In this document: positions 51,077 through 62,655 of the stretch, one piece after another | How the letters are laid out: each line of letters begins with the position of its first letter | How positions within the stretch are numbered: the stretch's first letter is position 1 | Made by a program: the position numbers and the translations under genes | Notes under the pieces: model-generated | What the model saw: the letters and a program-made list of their open reading frames with translations, nothing else | Told to the model about the DNA's origin: nothing | Database searches by the model: none | NCBI GenBank assembly: GCA_002104905.1 | Contig: MCFE01000038.1 | Coordinates: 140,215-204,214 of the forward strand | Length of the DNA stretch: 64,000 nt | Direction: 5' to 3' | Origin: Basidiobolus meristosporus CBS 931.73 | Taxonomy: Eukaryota; Fungi; Basidiobolomycota

Positions 51077-51706
51077 AGTAAACGATATAGAAGAACCCAA
51101 GTAAAACAAGAGCACCTCAAGATTTACACACTAAGAACTCCGTAAAATCTGCCTGTTCGAGAAAAAAAAACGATTGATTCATAAATTTCTATTACTGGAA
51201 TATTTTAATCGACTACTACGAATTATCGATATTCTATTCACAATTCCAAGAAAAAAATTTGCTCAACACTTTTTTTTTCAACAGTATGTTGATATGGGAC
51301 GGGTTTTCAGAAAAAAAATCGTCTGAAAGGAATGATAAATATTCTGGAATAGTTGGTGGAGCTATTCTGAAGGGCCGTGCTCATCTTATGTGCTAGCAGT
51401 AACATTCTTCGTCTGAATGCCAACGTCCAGATGCGGCCAATCTACCGATCTCAATGTTGATATAATTCCAGAGCAATGCACAGGTCACAAAACGCTGCTG
51501 TGCTGCCTAGTTATTGTTTATTATTGTGATTACGAATCTGTTGGGTGGATTCACTAGTCCACTTGAATAAATTCGATCAAATGCCTGACGCAGTCATCCC
51601 CACCGTATTCGTAGCTTTTCAATCTGCCTTAAAAAGCTTCCTGTAGTGCATCGGCAACCTTTTGGATTCAGTTAGACCTCCTCAGTAGTGGTAATTTCAC
51701 GCCATC

Positions 51707-53239
51707 ATGGGAGCACACGTAGAAGTAGACGGTACCTCCGAGGAGCATAATAAAACCACTCAAAAAAAGTATCTAAAGGACAAAAAAGTTGGTGAGGGTA
51801 CTTATGCCGTGGTTTACCAGGGTACTTGAAAACACATTTCCTTGCCTTTCTCGGCGCACCCGTTGGTTCCAATCTTACGCTCAGCTGTCTATTCGTAACT
51901 TTGTAGGAACGCAAACAGATACAGGTAGAAAAATCGCTATCAAAAAAATCAAAGTGAGGGAGTTCAAAGATGGCCTTGATATGTCGGCCATCAGAGAGGT
52001 TAAGGCTTTGCAAGAGATGAGGCATCCTAATGTTATCGAGGTAATACTAGATTATCCGCCTTGCAAGCTCCCGAAAGTCTAAATTTCTCTATACCTTCAA
52101 GTTGATCGATGTGTTCTCACATAAGGGAAATCTCAACCTTGTTTTGGAGTTCCTTGACTCAGACCTTGAAATGATCATCAAGGATAAGAGTTTGGTGTTT
52201 ATGCCCGCGGATATTAAGAGCTGGATGATGATGATGCTTCGCGGATTGGATCACTGTCACCGAAATTGGGTCCTGCACAGGGTAACGTGGTTTAACGACC
52301 TTTTTGCTATTGTGAGCCACTGAACTGAAGATTTATTCATTGGAATGAAGGATTTGAAGCCAAATAACTTGTTAGTTAGCGGCGATGGACAACTGAAGCT
52401 TGCTGATTTTGGTCTTGCAAGGGAGTTTGGTGATGCAAATTCATTGCTAACTTCACAGGTGGTTACTAGGCAAGTAGTCTTCATTGACGGAATCTATTTG
52501 AGACAAATCCATCTTAATAGCATTGTCACATCATGAACAGATGGTACCGTGCACCAGAGTTGCTTTTTGGAGCCAAACAATACGGTCACGGAGTCGACAT
52601 ATGGGCAGTGGGTTGTATCTTTGCTGAACTCATGCTTCGTACTCCATATCTCCCTGGGGAGTCGGACGTTGACCAGCTCAACACCATTTTTAGAGCGTTG
52701 GGTACGCCAACTGAGGATGAATGGCCGGTAATTATTCCATAGTATGGAGTCTTAGCGCGACATCTAAGCCATTGCAAACATAGGGCATGACCGAGCTTCC
52801 AGACTATATCCCATTCAAACAATATCCAAAAACTCCTCTGAAGAGTCTTTTCACTGCCGCTGGTGCTGATGCCCTTGATCTTATGGAGAAGATGCTTGTT
52901 TATGATCCCTCAAAAAGAATCACTGCTCGACAAGTAAGCCACTTCTTCAATTCATTTGAATGAACAGTCTAACCATGCGCAACTTTAATCTAGGCGCTCC
53001 TGCATCCATATTTCCAAAGTAAACCTCGCCCAACAGCTCCACAAAAGTTGCCGAAGCCACCGGTTAAGGATGTGGTGGAAGAAGACGCGAAGAGAAAGCT
53101 GGATACTGGTAAAAGTTTGGCTCTGTGGGTGTACTCGTAATATACAACTTGACCCAACATTTTGTAATATATAGACTTGATCGACGATGGTGCGCGTAAA
53201 ATCGCAAAGAAGTTGAATTTCGAAGCAATTGCGGATTAG
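51707..53239 (+). CDS. KIN28: TFIIH/CAK kinase Kin28/CDK7, multi-intron
   Basis: GEGTYAVVY; IAIKKIK; [12 protein letters not shown] (Kin28-type C-helix); HR|DLKPNNLL; ADFGLAR; TSQVVTR|[11 protein letters not shown]; [12 protein letters not shown]. Confidence 0.94.
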
Positions 53240-53746
53240 AGCATATTGACTAGCAACGCCATGCCAAGTGCCCATTTGAAGTAGATAGAATGTGAAGAGG
53301 TTTTAATATTGTACTTTTATGACGTTCCCAACTTATTTTTTATTCTCACCAATAAACAAGTTTGCTTCGATGGGAATATCTTTTCTCATACGAACACCCT
53401 GGACACCATCTAATCAGGTAATGAGCAATGCTGCAAAGTGTGGCATGGGTGTCTGTAATGTTAATATGGATCCATTACTTGAGCTACATTAGGCTAGAGT
53501 CTCGTTGCTGTGCTGGTGCCAACAGAATACGGATAACCCTAGATAGATTCCAAGCTTGTATCGGGTAAATCGGGATTTTTATTCTTGCCAAAGGAATGGA
53601 GACTCAGCGGGCGAAGGTGATGTACCGTTGGGGGTGCTGTAAGACTGATGGCACCAAAGCCCACTATGATGGTGCATCAAGTTTGGCATTGCCAAGGGTT
53701 TGGTGAGGAATACATACATGTATATATACATAATTGCGCACAGAAG

Positions 53747-54595
53747 TTAGACACCGCTTAAGGAGGCCCATAGTTCATTTAAAGCTTGTGAGATGGATTG
53801 AACTACTCTATGTGCCATATTCCGCTCTTTGTCGTTTGTAATTCGCTCGTCAAATATTTGCGAAAACTTATCCGGATGCCAGCGAAGTTGTTCTTGCCGG
53901 ATGCTTTTTCGCTGTTCTGATATGGTAGCCTGAGGCAAAATGAGGAATTCACGTAGTGAGCTAGCAGTGAAAGCTTCGGGGCCCAAAGCTTTTTCGGAAG
54001 CTTCAACAGTAGGCCACGGGATGGATAAGAAGTTTAGCTCATCTCGGTTGGATCTGATCTGTTCCCAGCGAGAGTAATATGCTTTACGAGCCTGCTCCAT
54101 ATGGATGCCACGTTTTAGCTCCTGTTTTTTCTTGCGGTCTGCGCGTAATTTGGCTTCTTCCCTTTCCCATTCTCTTCTAACTTCCTCACGCTCACGTTTA
54201 CGAGCTTTACGGGCCTCTTCCCGTCGCTTTTTATCTTCTATCTCAGCAGCATGTTTCCGCTCATACATTCCGGACACCATGTACTGCCGGTATTCCTCAT
54301 CGTTCAACGCATCTATTCTGCTACCGTTTCCACGCCAGTTCCTGTGTTCAAAGTAATTGTCCCAGCGATCCTGACCTTCATCTTCAGCCATCATATCAAA
54401 GAAATGCTGCTGCCAATCTAGATCGGGCTTGTGAGAGCTTGACGGAGGCTGGTGACCCTCGTATAACTCATCGAATAGATTGGCTTGGCTTGGGCCATGA
54501 TGTTTTCTTTTACTTGAGTGCTCTTTACTATGTTTATCATGCTTTCTCTTTTTCTTTTTTTCTTTGAACCTCAGTGGTTTAACCGACTCAGACAT
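53747..54595 (-). CDS. NFKBIL1-like (NF-kappa-B inhibitor-like) protein with C-terminal HPD motif
   Basis: Basic N-terminus, LNDEEYRQYMVSGM, charged coiled coil, then IPWP...RQEQLRWHPDKFSQ...ERI. Intronless, 282 aa. Confidence 0.75.
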   Translation of the reverse strand: MSESVKPLRFKEKKKKRKHDKHSKEHSSKRKHHGPSQANLFDELYEGHQPPSSSHKPDLDWQQHFFDMMAEDEGQDRWDNYFEHRNWRGNGSRIDALNDEEYRQYMVSGMYERKHAAEIEDKKRREEARKARKREREEVRREWEREEAKLRADRKKKQELKRGIHMEQARKAYYSRWEQIRSNRDELNFLSIPWPTVEASEKALGPEAFTASSLREFLILPQATISEQRKSIRQEQLRWHPDKFSQIFDERITNDKERNMAHRVVQSISQALNELWASLSGV

Positions 54596-55814
54596 GGAAG
54601 ATGAAGGAATGTTGAATTAGGGAGTTATGATTCCTTGAATTCCATGAATCTGGTGGAATGCCTCGTGACCAATCAATGGGCTGAGGCGGCCTCAATAGCT
54701 AGAGCACTCAGACTACCAGCCTGTGGAGTAACACATCTGAAAATTAGCCGCAAAACACCCCGGCTAATGTCATCATCATCATTGGTTCGTTTGTTGTAGA
54801 GCTTCCCTTTGAGCTTAGATAACACTATGGATTCTGGAAATCATCCGTTGTTTCATTCCACTCAAATTGCACCCATGTCTGCTCAAAACCCACTGCTTAT
54901 TTAATCATGTCAATCGGTCCAACAGAGAAAGCACTTGACTCGAGACATCTGCAGACGATTAGCAGACACTGCTCCCACCAAACACCATTGGCAAGAGAGT
55001 GCTCCTGATGCGGGCACTGTAGAGCATTGTTTCAGGTGCAGTTAGTAAGCATCTCGGATATGTGCTGGTACGATCCCATTTACATTACCATTTGCCAGTC
55101 TGGCTCTACAAAGAATGCTGTTCGTGAATCCGGGTTGAATAGATTTGATAAGCAGCAGCTCCCTACAATCTCTAGATTCGTTGATTGTTATCAAGTTTGA
55201 TGTATCGTCACATCAGGGTGTGACAGCTGTGGAGTCGCTCCCACATTACTTTTCCATGACGCATTCTGGAGTTGATTTGTAGAGGCAATCCTACAATCAT
55301 TACTAGTGCTGATATAGTATTGAGGGATTGATTTTGAAATCAATATAGCCCGGCTTCTCATGTGCACAATGCCATCCAAGCTCAAAAAAAATAAGCCATC
55401 TAAGCTCATGTGCACAATGAAGTCATTGCCCGATGATGTCACTGATTTTTGGATTATGTCATCGTCACTCTGGCTAGTCTAAATTCGTTCGAATCACTCC
55501 ATCCTCCACAACTACTTGAGATCCCAGGGTTTAGTACTCCATATTGTACGATCAATTTAGTCCAGATGACTGGCATTAAATGATAAAGCTTTTCCAAAAG
55601 TACGCAATGCTCCTGAGCTATTGGATTCCCAACTCGCACAGTGTGAATAAATCTTGTTAGTCTGCATTTAGCTCACTCCACCGCCAATCACATCCCTGCA
55701 GTAGCTCACTCATGAGTTTATTTTGAGGGGTACTGGCACCATTCCAACTTTGAGTCTATCTAAACTAGTGGAAACCTTACCCTCTTCACTCAGTATAGCC
55801 CAAGTTTGGCGATA

Positions 55815-58800
55815 ATGCTGACCATGGGGCATTCGGAACTAACAAGTATTGAAACAAACGCTAAATTATTACCTGTGTCCCTGGAAGAGTATCTGGAATG
55901 CGCAGCCGAGCCCACATTTGTTGTGAAATTTCCTCAAAGCTCACCAACCAACTTTTCACCAACCATTCTATACGCCAACGGCGCACTCTTGAACTTATGT
56001 GGCCCACACTATATGCGACAAGTAAAAAACCTGGACCTACAATGTCTCTTCGATCAGCAGGACCTGTTCGCCTTGAGTAAATGGCTTTACAGAGTCGCCT
56101 ACAATTCAGACAAAACCCCGGTCATAACAGAGCAACGAAATTTAGAATACAGCTTAGACGACGAGCCTAGCACTGCTCAAGGCGAGTCGTCGGGCTCTAC
56201 CATATATATCAAGTGGACTGCGACATGTGTAAAGCAACTTCTCATAGTCGTTAAAGGGAATATACTCGAATCGGACGATGTCGCAAGATATAACACCGCT
56301 TTAGCGATCGCTAGGAGTACCTCAACTGAATATCCAGACGACCAAGTAGGGTATGGCGAAAGCTGGAGAAATATACCCAAAGTAATATTTACAGTTTCTC
56401 ACAATGCTTCACGAAACTCAGTATCTAACTACAATTCCACCAACAGTTTATCGACACCCTTTCTGGTGGAGGTTTTATGGGGGAGTATCTAAGAGGCTAC
56501 GACTGGGACAATAGTTCACTGGGCCCAATTTCACAGTGGCCCCAATCATTACTCACAGCCGTGTCTCTTTGCATGGCATCGTCGTTCCCAATGGCGGTGT
56601 GGTGGGGCCCCAAATTTGTCTTAATCTAGTAAGTATTTGGCTATTCAAGTGACTTCCTTTGGCCGGTTTATTAATGTATTACAGTAATGATGGGTATAGC
56701 GTAGTTGCTGCTGGGAAACATCCTTGGCTCTTCGGAAAGGAGGGTTCAACTGGGTGGAGCGAGATATGGCCAACTTTGGAACCAATGGCGGAAAGTGTTA
56801 TGAACGGGCAAAACTGTTACTCTGAAGATCACTTATTATTCATGACGAGGAATGGATTTATGGAGGAAACATATCACACGGTATTGCTTCTTTTATTATT
56901 TTGGCAAAAGAAAAGTACACGGGCGCCAACCTTTTTCATGTAGTGGTCTTATATACCTATCAGAAGGGAGGATGGATCGGTAGGAGGGTTGTTGAATCCT
57001 TCCATCGAAAGTACAGAAAAAGTGATCTCAGAGCGCCGGCTCAAGACACTACGGAATTTGGGAACGCTGACTGCTGGTGCCAAGCGTTTCGATGAAACAT
57101 TCAGTCTTATATGCCAGGCATTTGAGAGTAATACATACGATATTCCTTTCGCTTTGATTTATTCTTGTGTTTCTCCACTGGGTTCAATGGACGACTCCAT
57201 TGCAGAAAAAATATCTCAATTGGATGCCAAATTTAAGCTGGCTGCTACAGTCGGAATTTCTGACAATCATGCAGCGGCCCCGCACTGCGTAGATATATCC
57301 GACCACAATAACCACCACCCCTGGAAAGATGTTTTCTGCCAGGCTCTAAAAAACAACGCAAAGATCCAAATTAGTAATATTGGTGACTTGTTCTTCGATT
57401 TACCAACCCGAGGCTGGGGAGATTCACCAAGGGAAGCAGTGGCTTGCCCAATTGTGGGTAGCGACCAAGAAAATGTACTGGGTATGCTGCTAATTGGTCT
57501 AAATCCAAGAAGAAGCTACGATGAGGATTACAAGTAGGCTGATTTGAATGCTACTTATTCTATTTCTAATCACAAGTTACTAACATCGCTCAAAGAACAT
57601 TTATAGAGCTGTTATCACGACAAGCTGGAACCTCTCTGGCCACTGTTCGCGCATATGAGGACCAAGTCCGGCGAGCGGAGACTCTGGCGGCTGTCGATCG
57701 TGCTAAAACGGCGTTCTTTAGCTCGGTATCTCACGAGTTACGTACACCGTTAACATTGATACTGGGCCCAATCAAAGAAACCTTGGCGGACCAAAATCTA
57801 GCTCCCGAACAAAAATCCAAGCTAAATATGGTGCTTCGAAATTCCAAGAGATTACTGCGACTGGTAAATTCACTGCTCGACTTCAGCCGAATCGAAGCAG
57901 GAAAGCTACAGGTGACCATCGATTTAACTGCTCTTGAATTCGTGCCCGAGTTAATGTTCTGGCGATTTAGGCAACCTACCGAGAAACCAATCTCGGAATG
58001 TTCACAGCCGATTTGGCCAGCCTTTTCCGCTCAGCGATAGAGAAGAGTGGGCTCATATATAAGGTGGAGTGTGATGAGAGTGGTCGATCTGTGTGGGTGG
58101 ACCCCGAAATGTGGGAAAAGATAGTGTTCAACCTGATAGGGTTTGTCATTTGCAACCACAGTTTGACATTTGCCCCCTGCTTATTGAGTCTGTTCTATAG
58201 AAATGCGTTCAAATTTACACTTAAAGGGAGCATAAAAGTCACTTTACAGCCGGCTCCAGACCGCTCATGCGTTGTATTTTCTGTCGCTGATACAGGCAGT
58301 GGAGTCCCATCACACGAAATCAATAAGATCTTTGAGAGATTTCATCGTATAGAAGGTCAAAAAGGCCGAAGCCATGAGGGAACTGGGATTGGTTTGTCAC
58401 TGACTCAGGAGCTCGTAAAGCTACATGGTGGCCAAGTTGAGGTCAAGAGTGAGTATGGCAAAGGAAGGTTGGTGTTATTAAGTTCGAATTGTGGTCAGTG
58501 TTTTTTTTTAATTTCTCGCAATATTTTCAGTACTTTTTCAGTTACCATTCCATACGGGAGCGCCCATGTACCTCACAGTCAACTTTTAGACAGTGCTATG
58601 CAGTCCGCTGATAACCAACAATTGGCAGGGTCCTGGTCATATGGTTTATCTGTAGTGGAAGAGGCCCGTCTTTGGCTTCCAACTGACGACGAAGATCTCG
58701 AGTATCTTTCGGCTACCTCCAGCACGGATTCTAACAATGGTGCTACTAATACTTTCCCCATATCTAGTTCTGGGTCCAAAATACTACTCGTGGATGACAA

Positions 58801-61561
58801 CTCGGATATGCGCCGGTATGTGAAGGGACTGTTGAATAGGTGGTGGAAAATCACTGAAGCATCAGACGGCGAAGAGGCCTTCAACCTGGCGGTGCAAAAT
58901 CCTCCTGATCTCATCGTTAGCGATGTGATGATGCCCATTTTGGATGGCATTGGGCTGCTCAAGCTTCTAAGGACACATCAAAAAACTCAATTTATTCCAG
59001 TAATACTGCTTAGCGCTCGGGCCGGAGAAGATGCGCGGGTAGAGGGGCTAAAGGCTGGTGCCGATGACTTCCTTGTGAAGCCGTTCAGTGCAAAAGAGCT
59101 TATTGCTCGTGTACACACACATCTAGAACTGGGCAAGTTAAGATCGGAGTTGGAGCGGCTAGTTATCGAAAGAACCAAGGAGCTAGCAGAAAGTGAACTA
59201 CGTTATAGGGTTTTAACAAAGCTCAGCCCGGTTGGAATATTCCGGCTAGATTTGAATGTAAGGGATAATCATCCAATGGCCAATGGTCAATATCACGAGT
59301 CCTTATACCAACACTAATATCAATTACAGGGAATCATCACATATACAAATGACAAATGGTGGCAGATATCAGGACACGACCGTAAGCAAGATCCGGGTGC
59401 GCTGAATTTCATGTCAAGGTATAGTGGCAGAGTGTGACCGAAAAGGCTTAAGAATCGTAAATAATACCATTTTCACAAGTATCTATCATGAGGATCGTGA
59501 ACGCACAACGAGCATCTTCAAAGAGTGTATCCAAAAGGCAAAAGGCTTCATTATTGAGTTTCGTTGGAATTCAATCAATGGTGGAGTGAAATGGAGTTTG
59601 GGTAAGACGAAGCGTGCGTAAATCTTGTGTGGTGTCCGGTTCATTCAATGTGATCTATGACCTATCAATATAGGGGAAGTAATCGTAGAGTACGATGATC
59701 AACTGAAACCACGCGGCTTTGTTGGGACACTGACTGACATAACCGAAAGAAAGATGCTGGAGAAGGAACGCCTGAGAGCATTGCAGCTCGCCGAGCAGCA
59801 ACAGCGACGTCGTGCCGAGGATGCGGAGGAAATTAAGAGACAACAAGAACTGTTCATTGATATGACTTGCCATGAATTCCGAAACCCGTTAAATGGCATT
59901 TACCACAACGCAGATTTCCTGTACGAGAGTCTGGAAAAGCTTCAGAACGATGTAAGAAACGAGAGTATTTTGAAGGTGATGAATTGGCTGAATAGCGAAA
60001 TTGAAGAAGATTTGGAGGCTGTTGCAACCATCACACTGTGTGCACAACACCAGAAGGTATTGCATGTCATTCATATCTGACGTTCCATTCTAACCATTGA
60101 TATTGCAGAAAATTGCTGATGATGTCCTCAATATGTCCAAAATTAGCATGAATTTGCTGGTTCTGGCTAAAACGGAATTTCAGCCACATGCCGTGGTTAC
60201 AAATGTACTGCGTATGTTTGAGACTGAAGTAAAGCTCAAGAACATCGCTTTGGAGTTTAAAGTGGGCGAAGAATTTTCTCGAAGGCATATCAGTTGGGTC
60301 AAAGGAGATCCAACACGACTTTCACAGGTTTTGTAAGTAAGCTCGGTTCGACATTAACACCCTATCTTTCACTCACCAAGTTGATAGGATCAATTTTTTG
60401 ACCAATGCCATCCGGTTCACTGAAAAGGTGGCAATACGCCATATCACAGTGACGATGGAGGCATTCGATATGGCCCCTTATTCTTCTACACGCATTGAAA
60501 ACTGCTTGAGCTCAGCAGAGGACTCGGATCAAGACCAGGACAACATTTCCATTTCCAGTTCTACTTGGTCAACCAGCACTGATCGTCATCTTCCAGAATG
60601 CATATCCAATCCAGGCAATATGGATGATATTGATCCGGCAGACGCCGTATATGTGGAGATCTCCATCAGAGACAGCGGGGTGGGTATGACAACTGAGGAA
60701 CAGGCTTCCCTTTTCCGTCGATTTACACAAGCCAGTCCGAAAACCTATGCAGAGTTTGGAGGAAGTGGTCTTGGGCTGTTTATCAGCAAGCGTCTGGTAG
60801 AGCTGCATGGCGGAAGTATCAAAGTCCATTCTGTTAAAGGCAGTGGGACGACATTCTCGTTCTTTATCAAATGCGAGAGGTCGGAAGAAAAAGGGGCGCC
60901 GCAGACGGAGCAACATGAAGTCGAGGCCCGAAATGCAAACACAAGGTCACTAGCAAAATTGAAACCCCTTAGCACGAGAAAAGTGAAAAGCCCTGGTAGA
61001 GCAAACGAAAGCAGGGGCTTAGATCGAGATGACGAAACAAGCAATAGAAAGGTGAAGGTTAAAAATACCCAATCTCCAACCAAGTCCGAAGATTCGACGA
61101 CCTCTCCCATCTCGTCAAAAAGAATTTTGGTGGTGGAAGATAACATTATAAACCAACGAGTACTCAAACGGCAATTGGAGCTGGCCAGATATTCTGTGCA
61201 TGTTGCTAAGCATGGACTAGAGGCACTGGAGATATTAAAAGCAGTCGTAGTGGACTTGATTTTGATGGTAAGTTATAGTAACCGAATCTACATATGCTGA
61301 GTGTTGACAGGATTCACACCTATCCAGGATTTGGAAATGCCGGTCATGGGAGGGCTCGAGTGTACAAAGCACATACGCCAAGATGGATCCAACGCAAATC
61401 TATGCTATGTACCAATCATTGGAGTGTCTGGGAACACACGGACGGAGTACAAGCATCTTGCCATGGAAGCAGGAATGTCCGCATACATTACAAAACCTTA
61501 CAACAAGGGCGAATTAATACAACTGATTGATGATCTGATAGATCACACAACTACAAAGTGA
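55815..61561 (+). CDS. Dual hybrid histidine kinase (PAS/GAF-HisKA-HATPase-REC-PAS-HisKA-HATPase-REC), ~12 introns
   Basis: H-box 1 FFSSVSHELRTPLTLILGP; NAFKFT, VADTGSG, GTGIGLSL; REC1 LLVDDN...DLIVSDVMMP...KPF. H-box 2 DMTCHEFRNPLNGI; NAIRFT, DSGVG, GSGLGLFIS; REC2 LVVEDNIINQ...DLILM|DLEMP...KPY. Confidence 0.93.
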
Positions 61562-61834
61562 TACAAGGTGGCCGAATCAACAAAAGTGACAAAGATAAGT
61601 ACATTGTAAGTAGCTGATAATTTGTGAGTACTGAATCTGTATGTACTTGATACAAACTGTAATAATCAACCTACAGTACCACCACCTTTAATTAGCTGGT
61701 ACCAATATCATTGGCATAATAAACTCATCCCATCATTGAGATGTGCATCTATAGTGGTAGAGAAGATCTTTTGTTTGACACAAACACTATGCTGGCTGAT
61801 GCTCAACAGATCTAAAAGTGCTTTCTTATGAAGG

Positions 61835-62066
61835 TTGTAAAAGTATTGCAGATATCTAAAATCATTGGGATAACTAGTTGATTAAGTGGTTTTCACTTAA
61901 TGATTTATTAAATATAAGGTTATATCTGTGGTTTTACATGGTCTTAGCAAACAAACACATATAATATGCTTGGGAAGGTCCCAAAAACATGTGCGCAAAG
62001 TTTGGCCAACTTACCAAAATTTCATGTTCTGGGTAACTAATGTTGTGGTGAAAATATTGTAAGTAA
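61835..62066 (+). repeat. Diverged solo copy of the 8.2-8.95 kb inverted-repeat arm
   Basis: Colinear with 8610-8843, e.g. TTTTCACTTAATGATTTATT, AAAATTTCATGTTCTGGGTA and GGTGAAAATA are shared. Confidence 0.88.
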
Positions 62067-62267
62067 AGGTTTAGGGGAGGGAAAGTCACCAATATGGGTG
62101 AAATCTTTAAAGGGAGGGAAATTTTAGGGGGGGGGGAGACAGTCACCAACAGATGAAATTGTTGTGTCAGTTAGGGGGGCTAGGGGAGGGAAAGTCACCA
62201 AGTTGGTGAAATCATTATATAAGTCAAGAACTAATCAAAGCACAAATAAAGAAGCCAATTAAGAAGT

Positions 62268-62519
62268 CTAGAACCTCTCTAATAAGTAATCTAACTTATG
62301 ATTTGTTTCATCTCTTATGTTTGTTTCAATCAAGTAAAGCTCATCAGGGGTATATATAAAATTCAAGGGCTTTGGGGGAAGTACAAATTGTAGATGTTTC
62401 TGATCAATATAATCCAAGACTGGAACCCAGCCTGGGATTAGGTGTGGTAGGAAAGGTGTGTGGACTTGTAAGTAGCTCTGCCACATAGATCTAAGATGGT
62501 CCTGAGCCAGTAGTCTTGG
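62268..62519 (-). pseudogene. 5'-truncated ORF fragment (83 codons plus stop) starting at an internal telomeric-repeat junction
   Basis: The frame is open from the CCCTAA junction: PRLLAQDHLRSMWQSYLQVHTPFLPHLIPGWVPV...LDYLLERF*. It is followed by a 3' UTR homologous to that of the distal ORF. Confidence 0.5.
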
Positions 62520-62655
62520 GTTAGGGTTAGGGGAGGGAAAGTCACCAAGGTAGGTGAAATCTTTATTTGAATGCAGACAAGTCTAACTACAAATAAAGAA
62601 GCCAGCTGGGAATAGAAGATTCCCAAAGTAAACACTAAGTTGAATATGAATAAAT

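Noticed and set aside
25097-53239. Apparent grouping of DNA-repair and cell-cycle genes (MLH3, Dma1-like, forkhead, SLX4-like, KIN28)
   Set aside because: They are interspersed with unrelated genes over 28 kb and share no visible motif. Compatible with chance.
62323-62347. CTGATGAG...GAAAC on the minus strand, resembling a hammerhead ribozyme core (known in Penelope-like elements)
   Set aside because: Stem II cannot pair (no G-C closure), and the words coincide with codons P-D-E and E-T of the ORF fragment. An Infernal scan would be needed to exclude it formally.
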